Virus record (IMG/VR): IMGVR_UViG_3300005543_000001
Location: 4,833-68,832 of that record
DNA: 64,000 bases
From: a virus
Lineage: Duplodnaviria > Caudoviricetes
Reading direction: 5' to 3' (one strand)
Part shown: positions 47,546 to 56,873 of the stretch, one piece after another
How positions within the stretch are numbered: the first letter of the stretch is position 1
How the letters are laid out: the number at the start of each line of letters is the position of its first letter
Position numbers and translations under genes: made by a program
The notes under the pieces: model-generated
Seen by the model: the letters and a program-made list of their open reading frames with translations, nothing else
Database searches by the model: none
Told to the model about the DNA's origin: nothing

Positions 47546-48837
47546 ACCGATCATTACACCACCTCCCGCTCGCGGCCGGCGACGGCGCAAAGGTGCTCGC
47601 GCCGCGCTGGGACTACCGCAAGTACGGTTCGATCGAGGACCCTTGCCACAAGTCGCATTTCTCGACGCTGCTCGGCGAATTCAGCTGCGGCGAACAGTTC
47701 CGTCGCGACCGCCTGCGCGAACGCTCCGGCGAGCAGCGCGAGGTCCTCTCCGGCAAGACCGAGTTCGGCACTGCTGGCCACGAGACGATTGCGCGCGCGC
47801 TGCGCAACGAGGAGGTCCTCGCGGGACTGCTCTCGGGCGCGCGCGTTCCCTCCATCGACACCGTGCGCCGTGTGGTCACCGAGGAGTTCCGCCGCGCGTG
47901 TGGCGACCAGCAGGTCGCCTGGTACGGCAAGGCGGACTACGAGGGCGTGCACGAGGACGTGTCGTGGATGTGCGAGGGGCTGTTTCGCGACCTGCACCGG
48001 CACGTCGCCAAGGTCGAACTGGTCGAGGCAGGGCTCATCGCGCAGCTCGGGGACCTGTTCATCGAGGGGCACGTCGACCTGGTCTATCGGCCTTCTGCGA
48101 ACCCCGAGGCGCTCGCGCTCACTGACTGGAAGACGGGCGCCTCGAAGCCCCATCAGGTCGAGCTCGACCACGGCTACGAGGGTGGCTTCTACTCGCTCGC
48201 GCTCGAGCGTGGTCTGTTCCTGCCCACCGACGTTCTCGCCGCCTGGCGCGAGGCTGCCGCGCTTGTCGGTCCAGTGGGCGTGCCGCTCGACTACGAGGAC
48301 GCGATCCGGCTTGGCCTCGCCTACAACGACCGCGAGGCGATGCACATCGCGCTACGCGGCATCGCGCGCCGCTACGTGCGCGACGAGCCGCTGCCCGAGG
48401 GCGTGCGCGTCTTCGGGCAGTTCCCCGAGGCCATCTACCAGACGCACCTGGCGGACTACGTCCCCTACGAGCGCAAGGGCAGTAAGACCATCGAGCGCCC
48501 CGAGGATGTCGAGCACTGGTCGCGCGTGATGAACGCGCCGCTCTCGACCGGTGCCAAGGTCAACTACGACAAGGGCATGGCGCGCGGCGGCGCGTGGATG
48601 CGCGTGCAGCGAACCGCCGACGACATCACGCGGCTCGACAAGATGCTGCGCACCGTCGTCGGTTGGGTGCGCTTCGGCAAGTTCGTGCCTGCAATCAGCG
48701 AAAAATGCAACCGCTGCCCCTATAAGGGGCCGTGCTTGACCGATGGGTTCGAGCTGCGAGGGGACACAGCGAAGGAGCTGAACTCGGCACTGCGAGACAT
48801 CGACCTGGGGTCCGAAGAGCTCAGCGTCAACGACTGA
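47542..48837 (+). CDS. PD-(D/E)XK (RecB/Cas4-like) exonuclease
   Basis: FGTAGHETI, EGHVDLV, DWKTG, CNRCPYKGPC. Confidence 0.85.
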   Translation: MNRSLHHLPLAAGDGAKVLAPRWDYRKYGSIEDPCHKSHFSTLLGEFSCGEQFRRDRLRERSGEQREVLSGKTEFGTAGHETIARALRNEEVLAGLLSGARVPSIDTVRRVVTEEFRRACGDQQVAWYGKADYEGVHEDVSWMCEGLFRDLHRHVAKVELVEAGLIAQLGDLFIEGHVDLVYRPSANPEALALTDWKTGASKPHQVELDHGYEGGFYSLALERGLFLPTDVLAAWREAAALVGPVGVPLDYEDAIRLGLAYNDREAMHIALRGIARRYVRDEPLPEGVRVFGQFPEAIYQTHLADYVPYERKGSKTIERPEDVEHWSRVMNAPLSTGAKVNYDKGMARGGAWMRVQRTADDITRLDKMLRTVVGWVRFGKFVPAISEKCNRCPYKGPCLTDGFELRGDTAKELNSALRDIDLGSEELSVND

Positions 48838-48854
48838 AGAGGGGGAACAGACAC

Positions 48855-49736
48855 ATGGCAAAGAGTAAGGATCAGAGCGCACTGGCGCTCGCGTCGCCGC
48901 AAGACGAAGCCGGTGCATTGGCGGTGTTCGATGACATGGACTTCGAGGTCTCGGGCCTCGAGGAAGTGGACGCGGAGGACCTCCGCTTCGCTGTCAAAGT
49001 TTGGAACATGCGCAGCAAGCGGCCCGACGGGAAGGGCCTGTTCCAGGTGGATGAGTTCTTCGACACGCTGACCGAGCAGACCACGCGCGAGCTGCACTGT
49101 GTGTTCGTCACGCTGCACAAGACGAACGACTATGCTTTCTTCGACAACGACAAGCAGGAGACCGTTCGCGTCTGCACCAGCTACGACCGCGAGACGGGCA
49201 CCCTGCGCGCGCAGCATCCAGATACTGGCCAGCCCGCAGGCACCGTCCGCCCGTGCGCGACCTGCCCCGATGCGCTGTGGCACAAGGACGACAAGGGTAA
49301 GAACGTCCGCAACTGCGCGCCGGTCTACGGGGTGATCGGCGTCGAGCTCGACGGCGACGGCAACCCGACCAGCCCGTTCATGATCCGCTTCAAGAAGACG
49401 TCGCTGCAGCCTTTCAAGGCCCACCTGCAGAAGCACCACATCAAGCGTCGCCAGGACCCCAAGACCCGCAAGATGGTGGACGTCCCGCTGTTCGCGTTCT
49501 CGGTCCGCATCCGGCTCGAAGCGGACAAGGGCGGGCAGTTCGCGGTGCCGATCCTGGAGCGCGGCGACGTGCTCTCACGCGACTTGCTGCTGCAGCTCTC
49601 CGAGCAAGCCAAGGGCTTTCGCGAGATGGCCGACGACGTCACGCGCGCGGCCGAGAAGAAGGAGACGCAGGTCGGTGAGGGCGGCGCCGTCGAGACGCAG
49701 GGGGAAGCGCTCCGCGCAGACGACTTCGCGGGTTAG
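48855..49736 (+). CDS. Putative ssDNA-binding/annealing protein
   Basis: Follows exonuclease; GLEEVDAEDL; acidic C-terminus. Confidence 0.5.
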   Translation: MAKSKDQSALALASPQDEAGALAVFDDMDFEVSGLEEVDAEDLRFAVKVWNMRSKRPDGKGLFQVDEFFDTLTEQTTRELHCVFVTLHKTNDYAFFDNDKQETVRVCTSYDRETGTLRAQHPDTGQPAGTVRPCATCPDALWHKDDKGKNVRNCAPVYGVIGVELDGDGNPTSPFMIRFKKTSLQPFKAHLQKHHIKRRQDPKTRKMVDVPLFAFSVRIRLEADKGGQFAVPILERGDVLSRDLLLQLSEQAKGFREMADDVTRAAEKKETQVGEGGAVETQGEALRADDFAG

Positions 49737-49740
49737 AGGT

Positions 49741-49900
49741 TTCGGCTTCCCCTGGCCGGACGGTGTCGCATCGACGCCGGGAGGTTCAGCGCTGACGGGA
49801 GTCATGCCCCAACTCAGCGGACTGAGCTTCCAAAAGGAACGACGCAGGTTCCAGGTGCGTCGCGCCTCGATGCTGACAGCCGGGAAAGACCGGCAACTAA
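49741..49900 (+). ncRNA. Candidate structured RNA upstream of recD2
   Basis: Five or more stems, including GGAGGTTCAG/CTGAGCTTCC enclosing CGCTGA/TCAGCG, and GCCGG-GAAAGA-CCGGC. Confidence 0.45.
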
Positions 49901-49929
49901 GCAGGTAGGACCCACCGTTGAGGATGCCC

Positions 49930-50835
49930 ATGGGCGAGACGATCAAAGGCGAGCTCCGTAGCTTCACGGTCCGAGGAACGGACTTCTGGGGCGTCGGTCT
50001 CGTTCGCACCCAGCACGACGCAGGCGACGTGACGATCGTCGGCAAGCTTGTCGGCGCCACCGAAGGCGACACGGTCGAGCTGGTGGGCGTCTTCATGGAC
50101 CATCCCAAGCACGGCCGACAGTACAAGTTCAGCGCGTGCACGGTCCTGCTCCCGAGCGACGTGAGCGGAGTCGTCGGCTGGCTGGCGAGCAAGCTCCCAC
50201 AAATCTCGCGCCGCCGTGCGGAGCAGCTGGTCGAGCGATTCGGCGTGGACCCGCTCTGGAAGCTGCTCGACGCAGAGGACACTGCCGCGCTGTGCGTGGT
50301 CGATGGCATCACCGAGCCGCGCGCCCAGGAGATCCTCGCGGCCTACCGCGAGCACAAGGGCGACCGCGACCGGCTGGTGCGCTTGCGGACTTGGGGCCTG
50401 ACGGATGGTCAGATCGCGCGCGTCACGACGGAATGGGGCGAGGACGCCGAGGCGCGCATGAGCGCCAACCCGTACGCGCTGATGGAGTGCGTCGACGGGT
50501 TCGGCTGGGTCCGTGCGGACCAGGTCGCGCGCAAGATGGGCATGAAGCTGGACTCGCCGCCGCGACTGCAGGCGGCGCTGCTTCACGCCATGGGCGAGGC
50601 CCGCGCGCAAGGCCACTGCTACTGGGCCCAGGGCAAGCTGGTCGCCGTCGTCACCACGAAGATCTGTCGCATCACGGACGAGGCCGCGGTCCGCCGCGCG
50701 CTGGAGGCCCTGCTCGAGCGCGAGAAGCTGGTTCGGCTTGAGGCCAGAATCTACCTGCCCGAGCTCGCGGAGGCGGAAGGCCGGCTCGCCAAGGTATTCG
50801 CGACGCGTGCGCAGCGCGCCGGGAGGGCAGCGTGA
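49930..50835 (+). CDS. RecD2-like helicase, N-terminal half (OB and HhH domains)
   Basis: HPKHGRQYK, NPYALM..VDGFGW.RAD.VA, QGHCY. Confidence 0.88.
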   Translation: MGETIKGELRSFTVRGTDFWGVGLVRTQHDAGDVTIVGKLVGATEGDTVELVGVFMDHPKHGRQYKFSACTVLLPSDVSGVVGWLASKLPQISRRRAEQLVERFGVDPLWKLLDAEDTAALCVVDGITEPRAQEILAAYREHKGDRDRLVRLRTWGLTDGQIARVTTEWGEDAEARMSANPYALMECVDGFGWVRADQVARKMGMKLDSPPRLQAALLHAMGEARAQGHCYWAQGKLVAVVTTKICRITDEAAVRRALEALLEREKLVRLEARIYLPELAEAEGRLAKVFATRAQRAGRAA

Positions 50836-51125
50836 CGTATCACCTGACCAGTACGGGGTTCGACCTCGACCGCTCCATTGCTGATCCCTCCGACGCCTTC
50901 CACGTCGGCTCGATTGCGCGCTGTCTGTTTTACGCACGCATGTACGCGGAGTGCGAGCCGAGCCATCTCAATGTCTTCTACGCGGGCGTCGCCATCGGGG
51001 AGGCGCGAGGGCATGTAGAGGCCCTCGCGGACCGCGACATCGCCGACCGCGCTTGGCGCCTGTGGACCTTCGTCGAGAGTCGCATTCACGCGCAGATGCT
51101 CGCGGGAGGCTGCCTTGGAACTTGA
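50832..51125 (+). CDS. 97-aa protein between the two recD2 halves
   Basis: GTGA overlap upstream; overlaps next TTG start. Confidence 0.6.
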   Translation: MTYHLTSTGFDLDRSIADPSDAFHVGSIARCLFYARMYAECEPSHLNVFYAGVAIGEARGHVEALADRDIADRAWRLWTFVESRIHAQMLAGGCLGT

Positions 51126-52386
51126 TCCTTCTCAAGTGCGGGCCGTCGAGCTCGTCTGCACGGCGCCGTTCGCGATTCTCACCGGCGGCCCGGGCACGGG
51201 CAAGTCCACGTGCCTTCGCGTCGCACTGGACCGCCTCGATGCCGACGGTGTGACCTACGCACTGGCATCCCCCACCGGCAAGGCTGCCAAGCGCATGACC
51301 GAGGCCACCGGCCGCCCGGCCAGCACGATCCATCGGCTGCTCGGCTGGAGTCGGTTCGGCTGGGAGTACCACCAGGGCAATCCGCTCCCGTTCGACGTGA
51401 TGATCGTCGACGAAGTCTCGATGTTGGATCTCGAGCTCGCCGATGCGCTGGCCGATGCCATCGCAGAGGACTCACGCATCATCCTCGTCGGCGACGCCAA
51501 CCAGCTGCCGAGCGTCGGCCCGGGTCGCATCCTCGCCGACCTGGTGGAAGCGGACATCGTCCCGGTCGCGCGCCTGACGCATGTGCATCGCGCGGCCGCG
51601 GAGTCCTGGATCTGCCGCAACGCGCCGAAGGTGCTCACCGGCGAACCGCTCGAGCTCGGCAGCTACCCCGATTTCCGGTTCTTCGAAGTCGAAGGAGCAG
51701 AGGAAGCGGCCAGCACCGTGGCGAGCATCGTCACCATGGCCGAGTACCAGGGCGCGCAGGTCCTCACGCCGCAGCGCACGACCGCGTGCGGCGTCGAGCA
51801 GCTCAACACGATGCTGCAGGCAAAACTCAACCCGCCCCGCGGATCTCACGACGAGTGGACGCTGGGCGACAAGGTGCTGCGCAAGGGCGATCGCGTCATT
51901 CAGACTCGGAACGCCTACAACCTGCTCGGGTCAAACGGCGCGCTCGGCGTCTTCAACGGGGAGGTCGGTGAAGTCGTTGGAGCGGGGGCGAACCTGACGG
52001 TTGACTTCGGCGACAGGCGCATCGCGTACGCAAAGCAGGACGCGTTCGACCTTCAGCTTGCCTACGCGCTGACCGTTCATCGATTTCAGGGCTCCGAGGT
52101 CGAGACGGTGGTGTTCGTCGTCCACAGCGCGCACACGTACATGCTGAGCCGTCAGCTTTTCTACACCGCGATCACGCGCGCGAAAAAGCGCGTCGTCCTC
52201 GTGGGCAATCGCAAGGGCCTCGCGGCCGCCACCAGCGCGAAGGAGCCGCCGAAGCGGAACACGTCGCTGGTCGAGCGCATGCGCGCGCTGGTGCTGGATG
52301 ACGTGGGCGCTGGGGTGCCGAGCGCGGCGCCCGACAACGACGTGACGACGTTCGACAAGACGGGGGAGGACGAGCTGCCATGGTGA
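51115..52386 (+). CDS. RecD2-like SF1B helicase, motor half
   Basis: GGPGTGKS, SPTGKAA, TIHRLL, VDEVSM, GDANQLPSVGPG, YALTVHRFQGSE. Confidence 0.93.
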   Translation: MELDPSQVRAVELVCTAPFAILTGGPGTGKSTCLRVALDRLDADGVTYALASPTGKAAKRMTEATGRPASTIHRLLGWSRFGWEYHQGNPLPFDVMIVDEVSMLDLELADALADAIAEDSRIILVGDANQLPSVGPGRILADLVEADIVPVARLTHVHRAAAESWICRNAPKVLTGEPLELGSYPDFRFFEVEGAEEAASTVASIVTMAEYQGAQVLTPQRTTACGVEQLNTMLQAKLNPPRGSHDEWTLGDKVLRKGDRVIQTRNAYNLLGSNGALGVFNGEVGEVVGAGANLTVDFGDRRIAYAKQDAFDLQLAYALTVHRFQGSEVETVVFVVHSAHTYMLSRQLFYTAITRAKKRVVLVGNRKGLAAATSAKEPPKRNTSLVERMRALVLDDVGAGVPSAAPDNDVTTFDKTGEDELPW

Positions 52387-52727
52387 TCGACGACACGACG
52401 CACGCTCTGGAGTTCCGCAAGTACGAACTGCCGCCCTTTGCGCTCACGCCCGAGGAGCAGGCCGCACTCGAGCGTGGTGACCGCGGCTATGCTCGCGAAG
52501 GCGACGACGAGTTGCTGCGCGCTGCGCTGCATCGAGCACGGCGCACGCTGGCCCTTCGCCTTGCCCCTGGGGAACCGCAGGCCGACGCGCCTACGGATAT
52601 TGCGCTGCTCCCCGATTACTGGGACGAGCGCCGACGTCGGCAAGGGAAGGTCGATACCAGCCGATGCGCCGCCGAGTTGCGGATCGCGCTTGCCGCGAAC
52701 CTCCAGGGCCAGGAGCAACGCCCATGA
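52380..52727 (+). CDS. Hypothetical protein
   Basis: Coupled ORF. Confidence 0.5.
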   Translation: MVIDDTTHALEFRKYELPPFALTPEEQAALERGDRGYAREGDDELLRAALHRARRTLALRLAPGEPQADAPTDIALLPDYWDERRRRQGKVDTSRCAAELRIALAANLQGQEQRP

Positions 52728-52891
52728 GATGCGTCGCCTGCCAGGCTCCAGACGCCACCACTCGGCACGCCGACTACCTCGGCCTGTGCAAGGTCTGCAC
52801 TCAATTCGTCGAACGGCTGGTTGCGATGCCCCACGTTCAGCGTGCGCTGCGCGAGGTGGCGGCGGCGGGTGGGAAGGAGACAGTGCGATGA
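52724..52891 (+). CDS. Small Zn-ribbon protein
   Basis: CVAC...CKVC. Confidence 0.5.
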   Translation: MRCVACQAPDATTRHADYLGLCKVCTQFVERLVAMPHVQRALREVAAAGGKETVR

Positions 52892-53187
52892 GCACGGACG
52901 CCGACCAGGCCGAGGAGTTGACGCAGCTTCGCAACAAACTGAATGAGTGCTCAGACTGGCTGTATCGACTGGGCGTCGCCTCGCTGGTCCTGTCGGTACT
53001 GCTCGCCGCCAACTGCAGCGCAGAGCTTGCTGGCGCGGACGATGCGCAGTCTAGGCGCGTCCTCTACGCGCTCACTGGCGTGCTGATCTTCGGGCTCATG
53101 CCCGCCTTCTTCTTCGTCATTGGACGTGGCGAGAAACTCCACAAGCGCTTTGTAGAGCTTCAACGCAAAGGGGCCGGGTCACCATGA
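52888..53187 (+). CDS. Two-TM membrane protein
   Basis: Two hydrophobic segments. Confidence 0.6.
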   Translation: MSTDADQAEELTQLRNKLNECSDWLYRLGVASLVLSVLLAANCSAELAGADDAQSRRVLYALTGVLIFGLMPAFFFVIGRGEKLHKRFVELQRKGAGSP

Positions 53188-53672
53188 CCAAACCTGACAG
53201 CTATAGCGACGAACAAGTCGAGACGGCGCTGACTGCGTGGTACGGCGATTCGTGGCCGTGGCACGAGGGCGCGGCTGCCGACCAGGCCCGCGCTGAGATG
53301 CGCAAGGCGCTCGCCGGCGCCGGCGTACCCGTGCAGCCATACTCGTTCGCCGCGTACGCAACGGCACGATTGGGTGAGCAACGTGAGATCACGTCGCCAG
53401 AAAACCGGATGAGTCTCGCCGCGCTCGGCCTTGCCGGAGAGGCCGGCGAATACATCGAACTGATCAAGAAGCACCTTTTCCACGGCAAGGACCTCGACCG
53501 CGAGAAGGCCGTCAAGGAGCTGGGCGACGTCCTTTGGTACGTCATGTTCGCAGCCGACTCGATCGGCAGCTCGCTCGACGAGGTAGCGCGGGTGAACGAT
53601 GCCAAGCTCCGCGAACGCTATCCGAATGGCTTTTCGGTTGAGGCTGCGCGAACACGAAGGAGCGAGCCATGA
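53184..53672 (+). CDS. MazG-like NTP pyrophosphohydrolase with N-terminal YSDEQVE module
   Basis: LGLAGEAGE...KKHLFHG...ELGDVLWY...NDAKLRERYPNGF. Confidence 0.9.
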   Translation: MTKPDSYSDEQVETALTAWYGDSWPWHEGAAADQARAEMRKALAGAGVPVQPYSFAAYATARLGEQREITSPENRMSLAALGLAGEAGEYIELIKKHLFHGKDLDREKAVKELGDVLWYVMFAADSIGSSLDEVARVNDAKLRERYPNGFSVEAARTRRSEP

Positions 53673-53941
53673 CCGCGCCCGAGTGCGACCACTGCGATGA
53701 AGCTGTCGCGGAGTTGATGAGCATGGTTGACCACGACTTCACCGGCACCGAAGTGCGCGGCCTGAACGTACACGTGCGGCGTCTTCTCGCGGCAGAACGC
53801 GAGAAGGTGTTGGCCGAGTTTGTCGCGTGGTTGGCCAAAGAGTCGGACGCCACAAGCCACCACACAGAAGACGATTCGAGCCTGGTCGAGATTGCCGACG
53901 TGCTCGAGTTTATTCACACGCTGCGGACGAGGAAGCCATGA
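53669..53941 (+). CDS. Hypothetical protein
   Basis: Coupled ORF. Confidence 0.55.
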   Translation: MTAPECDHCDEAVAELMSMVDHDFTGTEVRGLNVHVRRLLAAEREKVLAEFVAWLAKESDATSHHTEDDSSLVEIADVLEFIHTLRTRKP

Positions 53942-54480
53942 CCGCGCCCCACGAGTACAGCGACGAGCAGGTCGAGGCGGCGCTCGATGCGTGGTGGACA
54001 GACGGCGCTCTTGTGCATTGGCGCGACGAGTCTGAGCACATTCGACAGAACTATCGCAATGAGATGCGCCGCGCCCTCACCGCCGCCAGCGTGCCCGCGC
54101 AGCCCAATGAGCTCGTCGCGGCGCGCGCCGTCATTCATGATATCGCCAACGCGCTTGGCTACGTCGATTGGGCGGACGATGGCCGGTTCATCCAGATTGC
54201 CGACGACGAGCTCGCGGACAAAGCAGCTGAGTTGCGACGCCGAGTCGACACTGCGTTCGACGAGGGGATGTCGGCAGCCCGAGCGCTGGGGCAACAGCTT
54301 GAAATCCCAGCCGGCACGTGGAGCGATCGCGACTATGGAGCCGCTGCGGATGCGCTCGAGTTGTGTCCGAACGACCTCACTGTCGAAGACCGCGCACGCG
54401 TCGTCTTAGAGGCCGTTCAGTACCGCCTGGCGCCAACCCCTGCGGCTGGACCCGTGATGGCGGGAGGTGGGGATGAGTGA
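53938..54480 (+). CDS. YSDEQVE-module protein
   Basis: YSDEQVEAALDAW...MRRALTAASVPAQP. Confidence 0.7.
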   Translation: MTAPHEYSDEQVEAALDAWWTDGALVHWRDESEHIRQNYRNEMRRALTAASVPAQPNELVAARAVIHDIANALGYVDWADDGRFIQIADDELADKAAELRRRVDTAFDEGMSAARALGQQLEIPAGTWSDRDYGAAADALELCPNDLTVEDRARVVLEAVQYRLAPTPAAGPVMAGGGDE

Positions 54481-54757
54481 CTATTCACTCAAGCAGGTCC
54501 GGGATGCCCTCGACGCTTGGAATCCCGCATGGCGGCACACTCGGCTGCTGGTTCAGGCACGCTTTATGGGCGACATGCACAAAGCCTTGGAGGCGGCCTC
54601 GGTGCCCCCACACCCGCCCACGCTCACTGAGGCCGAGCGTCTGGTGTGCGAAGCCATTCGGGAAGACCTTAGTAATCCTGGCCCTGACAACCGGCCCACC
54701 AGCGACGTCGAGCGCTTGCTGGCCATCGTCGAGCGCCTGACAGGAGATGAGTTATGA
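54473..54757 (+). CDS. YSDEQVE-module protein
   Basis: YSLKQVRDALDAW...MHKALEAASVPPHP. Confidence 0.7.
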   Translation: MSDYSLKQVRDALDAWNPAWRHTRLLVQARFMGDMHKALEAASVPPHPPTLTEAERLVCEAIREDLSNPGPDNRPTSDVERLLAIVERLTGDEL

Positions 54758-55452
54758 CCACGTACTCGGACGCGCAGGTCGAGGCGGCGGTTGCAGTCCT
54801 TCACCAGGCGCGTGCGACCCTTCGCGAGGACAATCGCATAGTCCGGCTGATGCTCGCCGCGGCGAGCGTGCCTGCGCAGCCGCTACCCTCTGCGACTGCC
54901 GGCGAGTGGACTGACGCGGACTACGAAGCAGCCGAGAAAGCCCTGGTTCGTGCCGCCCAACGCGGCGTCAAGACCGAGAAGAGTTATCACGCAGCCAAAG
55001 TCGCACTCGACGCCGTCTCGTACCGCATCAGCGTGCCCGCGCAGCCGGCCGGCAAGTGGACTGAGTTTGATCAGACGATTGCCGTCCAGGCGCTGTCCGT
55101 TCTGTGGCCCGATGACAGCGAGTACGAAGAGGAACGCAACGACGACGTCTACAACGCCGCCAAGGCCATCCTAGAGGCGGTCAGGTATCGCCTGATTCCT
55201 GTCCCTGCCCCACTCGTCCTGGCGCCCAGGAAGAGCTTTGTCGATGTGCTCGACGAGATACGCCAGGAGTTTGCCGCGCAGGGCGTCACGATCGACCTGG
55301 AGCGCTTCAAGGCGGCACTGCATGGCGACGCCCGGCGCGCTCGGGTGAACGAGTTGGCGAATGTCCTGCGGACACCCTTGCGGACTTGGACAATGACAGG
55401 CGCAAAGGAAGCCCTCGACGAGCTGGTGCGCTTGGCTGGAGGTGGGGAGTGA
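54754..55452 (+). CDS. YSDEQVE-module protein with two W(S/T)D repeats
   Basis: YSDAQVEAAV...LAAASVPAQP. Confidence 0.7.
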   Translation: MTTYSDAQVEAAVAVLHQARATLREDNRIVRLMLAAASVPAQPLPSATAGEWTDADYEAAEKALVRAAQRGVKTEKSYHAAKVALDAVSYRISVPAQPAGKWTEFDQTIAVQALSVLWPDDSEYEEERNDDVYNAAKAILEAVRYRLIPVPAPLVLAPRKSFVDVLDEIRQEFAAQGVTIDLERFKAALHGDARRARVNELANVLRTPLRTWTMTGAKEALDELVRLAGGGE

Positions 55453-55754
55453 AAGACGCTGCCGATGTGGCGCTCGACGTTGCGAACGAGATCAATCCAG
55501 ACTGGGCATGGGCCGGCTACCACCTCTCATGTCTTGCGCGCGCCATCTTCAACGCGCGAATGGAGGGTGAGGACGCAGCCCGCGCAGGCGAGGCGAACTT
55601 GGCCGAGCGGTTCGAGCGCATCCGTGCAGACGAGCGCGCCTACTGGCTCACCCAATTCAAGCTCGTCGAGCGTTGCTCCGAGAACGCGGACGTAGTGGAC
55701 GAACTGGACGCCTACGATCGCGTCATCGCGCTCATGGCGGGAGGCGACCGATGA
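55449..55754 (+). CDS. Hypothetical protein
   Basis: GTGA coupling. Confidence 0.55.
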   Translation: MKDAADVALDVANEINPDWAWAGYHLSCLARAIFNARMEGEDAARAGEANLAERFERIRADERAYWLTQFKLVERCSENADVVDELDAYDRVIALMAGGDR

Positions 55755-56044
55755 CGAACGTTGTCGTCGACCTCGGGAAGCTGTTTAGCGGCATCAGCGC
55801 GCCACTTCGTAGGAGCGTCGCCAAAGCGTTCGAACAGGTTGCGGCCAACGTGGACCTCGACGTGCTGCTCGCCGTGGGCATGGACCAGGGCGACTACGCG
55901 GCGCTGGTGTCTGACGCGGAGGTCGATCTTGGCTTCTGCCCGGCCGTCCGCGACGAGTACCTCGCGTACATGCGCGCGGTTGTCTTTCTGGTCTGCTGGA
56001 CGAAGTGGAGCCGCGCGTGCTTCTCGGCAGGAGGCGACCAATGA
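55751..56044 (+). CDS. Hypothetical protein
   Basis: ATGA coupling. Confidence 0.55.
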   Translation: MTNVVVDLGKLFSGISAPLRRSVAKAFEQVAANVDLDVLLAVGMDQGDYAALVSDAEVDLGFCPAVRDEYLAYMRAVVFLVCWTKWSRACFSAGGDQ

Positions 56045-56634
56045 CCGAGCCCCAAGACTTTACGGACAAGCAGGTCGAGGCGGCGCTGGATGCATCGCGG
56101 TGGTACTGGCGCGACAAGCCCGAGCACGTTCGCCAGGCACATCGCGACACCATGCGGCGCGCCCTCGCCGCCGCTAGCGTGTCACCATGGTCTGGCTCCC
56201 ATGACCACAGCTCGCATCCGACACACACGCAAGAAACGGCGCAAGTGGCGAGCGATCCGGCGATCCGGTCGCTCGGCCGGGCCGACTCACAGGGGACGCT
56301 CAGGACGGACGGGCTCCATGCACAGCAAGAAGACCAGAGCGCTGGGCCGCTCGTCCTAGCGCCTGCAGAGCTTCAGCCAGACGCGCCCGTACTGACATCT
56401 GCGCAGCAAGCACAAGGCTGGGTCGTCAAGGACCAAGGCGGCATGCTGGTCAAGACCGCGGCCATTCGTGAGACCGCCGAGCGCCCGCCAGACTTGCTCA
56501 CACCCGCAGAGCGGAGCCTGGTGGACATCATCGCGAGCGAGCAGGGCCGGTTCCCCTACGTCCGCACAACGGATGCACAACGGCTGCTCGCCATTGTCGA
56601 TCGCTTGGCTCCAGACCCGAGGAGAGGCCGATGA
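56041..56634 (+). CDS. YSDEQVE-module protein
   Basis: FTDKQVEAALDAS...MRRALAAASVSP. Confidence 0.7.
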   Translation: MTEPQDFTDKQVEAALDASRWYWRDKPEHVRQAHRDTMRRALAAASVSPWSGSHDHSSHPTHTQETAQVASDPAIRSLGRADSQGTLRTDGLHAQQEDQSAGPLVLAPAELQPDAPVLTSAQQAQGWVVKDQGGMLVKTAAIRETAERPPDLLTPAERSLVDIIASEQGRFPYVRTTDAQRLLAIVDRLAPDPRRGR

Positions 56635-56873
56635 TCGAGCCCCATATCCCCATCTGGAACGCGGTCGTCCACGACCTCAAGAGCCGGGATCTATCGCTGC
56701 TTGGACCAGAGCAGACGCGCCTCGCCGTCAAAGCGCTCGTCGCCGAGATCGAGACCCGCGTGCTTAACGCCGCGCACGCCGTGTTCGCGAAGGTTGCTGA
56801 CGCCGACGAAGCCGACGACTTCATCGGTCTCGTGGTGGATCGCCTGCGCCAGGAGGAGATCAACCGTGGCTGA
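56631..56873 (+). CDS. Hypothetical protein
   Basis: Coupled ORF. Confidence 0.55.
   Translation: MIEPHIPIWNAVVHDLKSRDLSLLGPEQTRLAVKALVAEIETRVLNAAHAVFAKVADADEADDFIGLVVDRLRQEEINRG

Noticed and set aside
47542-48837. CRISPR adaptation Cas4
   Set aside because: Context (SSB-like gene, RecD2) fits a phage recombination exonuclease; no cas1; 12 kb from the array.
49741-49900. Named riboswitch or hammerhead ribozyme
   Set aside because: No CUGANGA/GAAA core or aptamer consensus that I can match; kept only as an unnamed structured element.
50832-51125. Intein, intron or sequencing frameshift explaining the split recD2
   Set aside because: No intein terminal motifs; the insert is a coupled ORF and the motor half has its own RBS.
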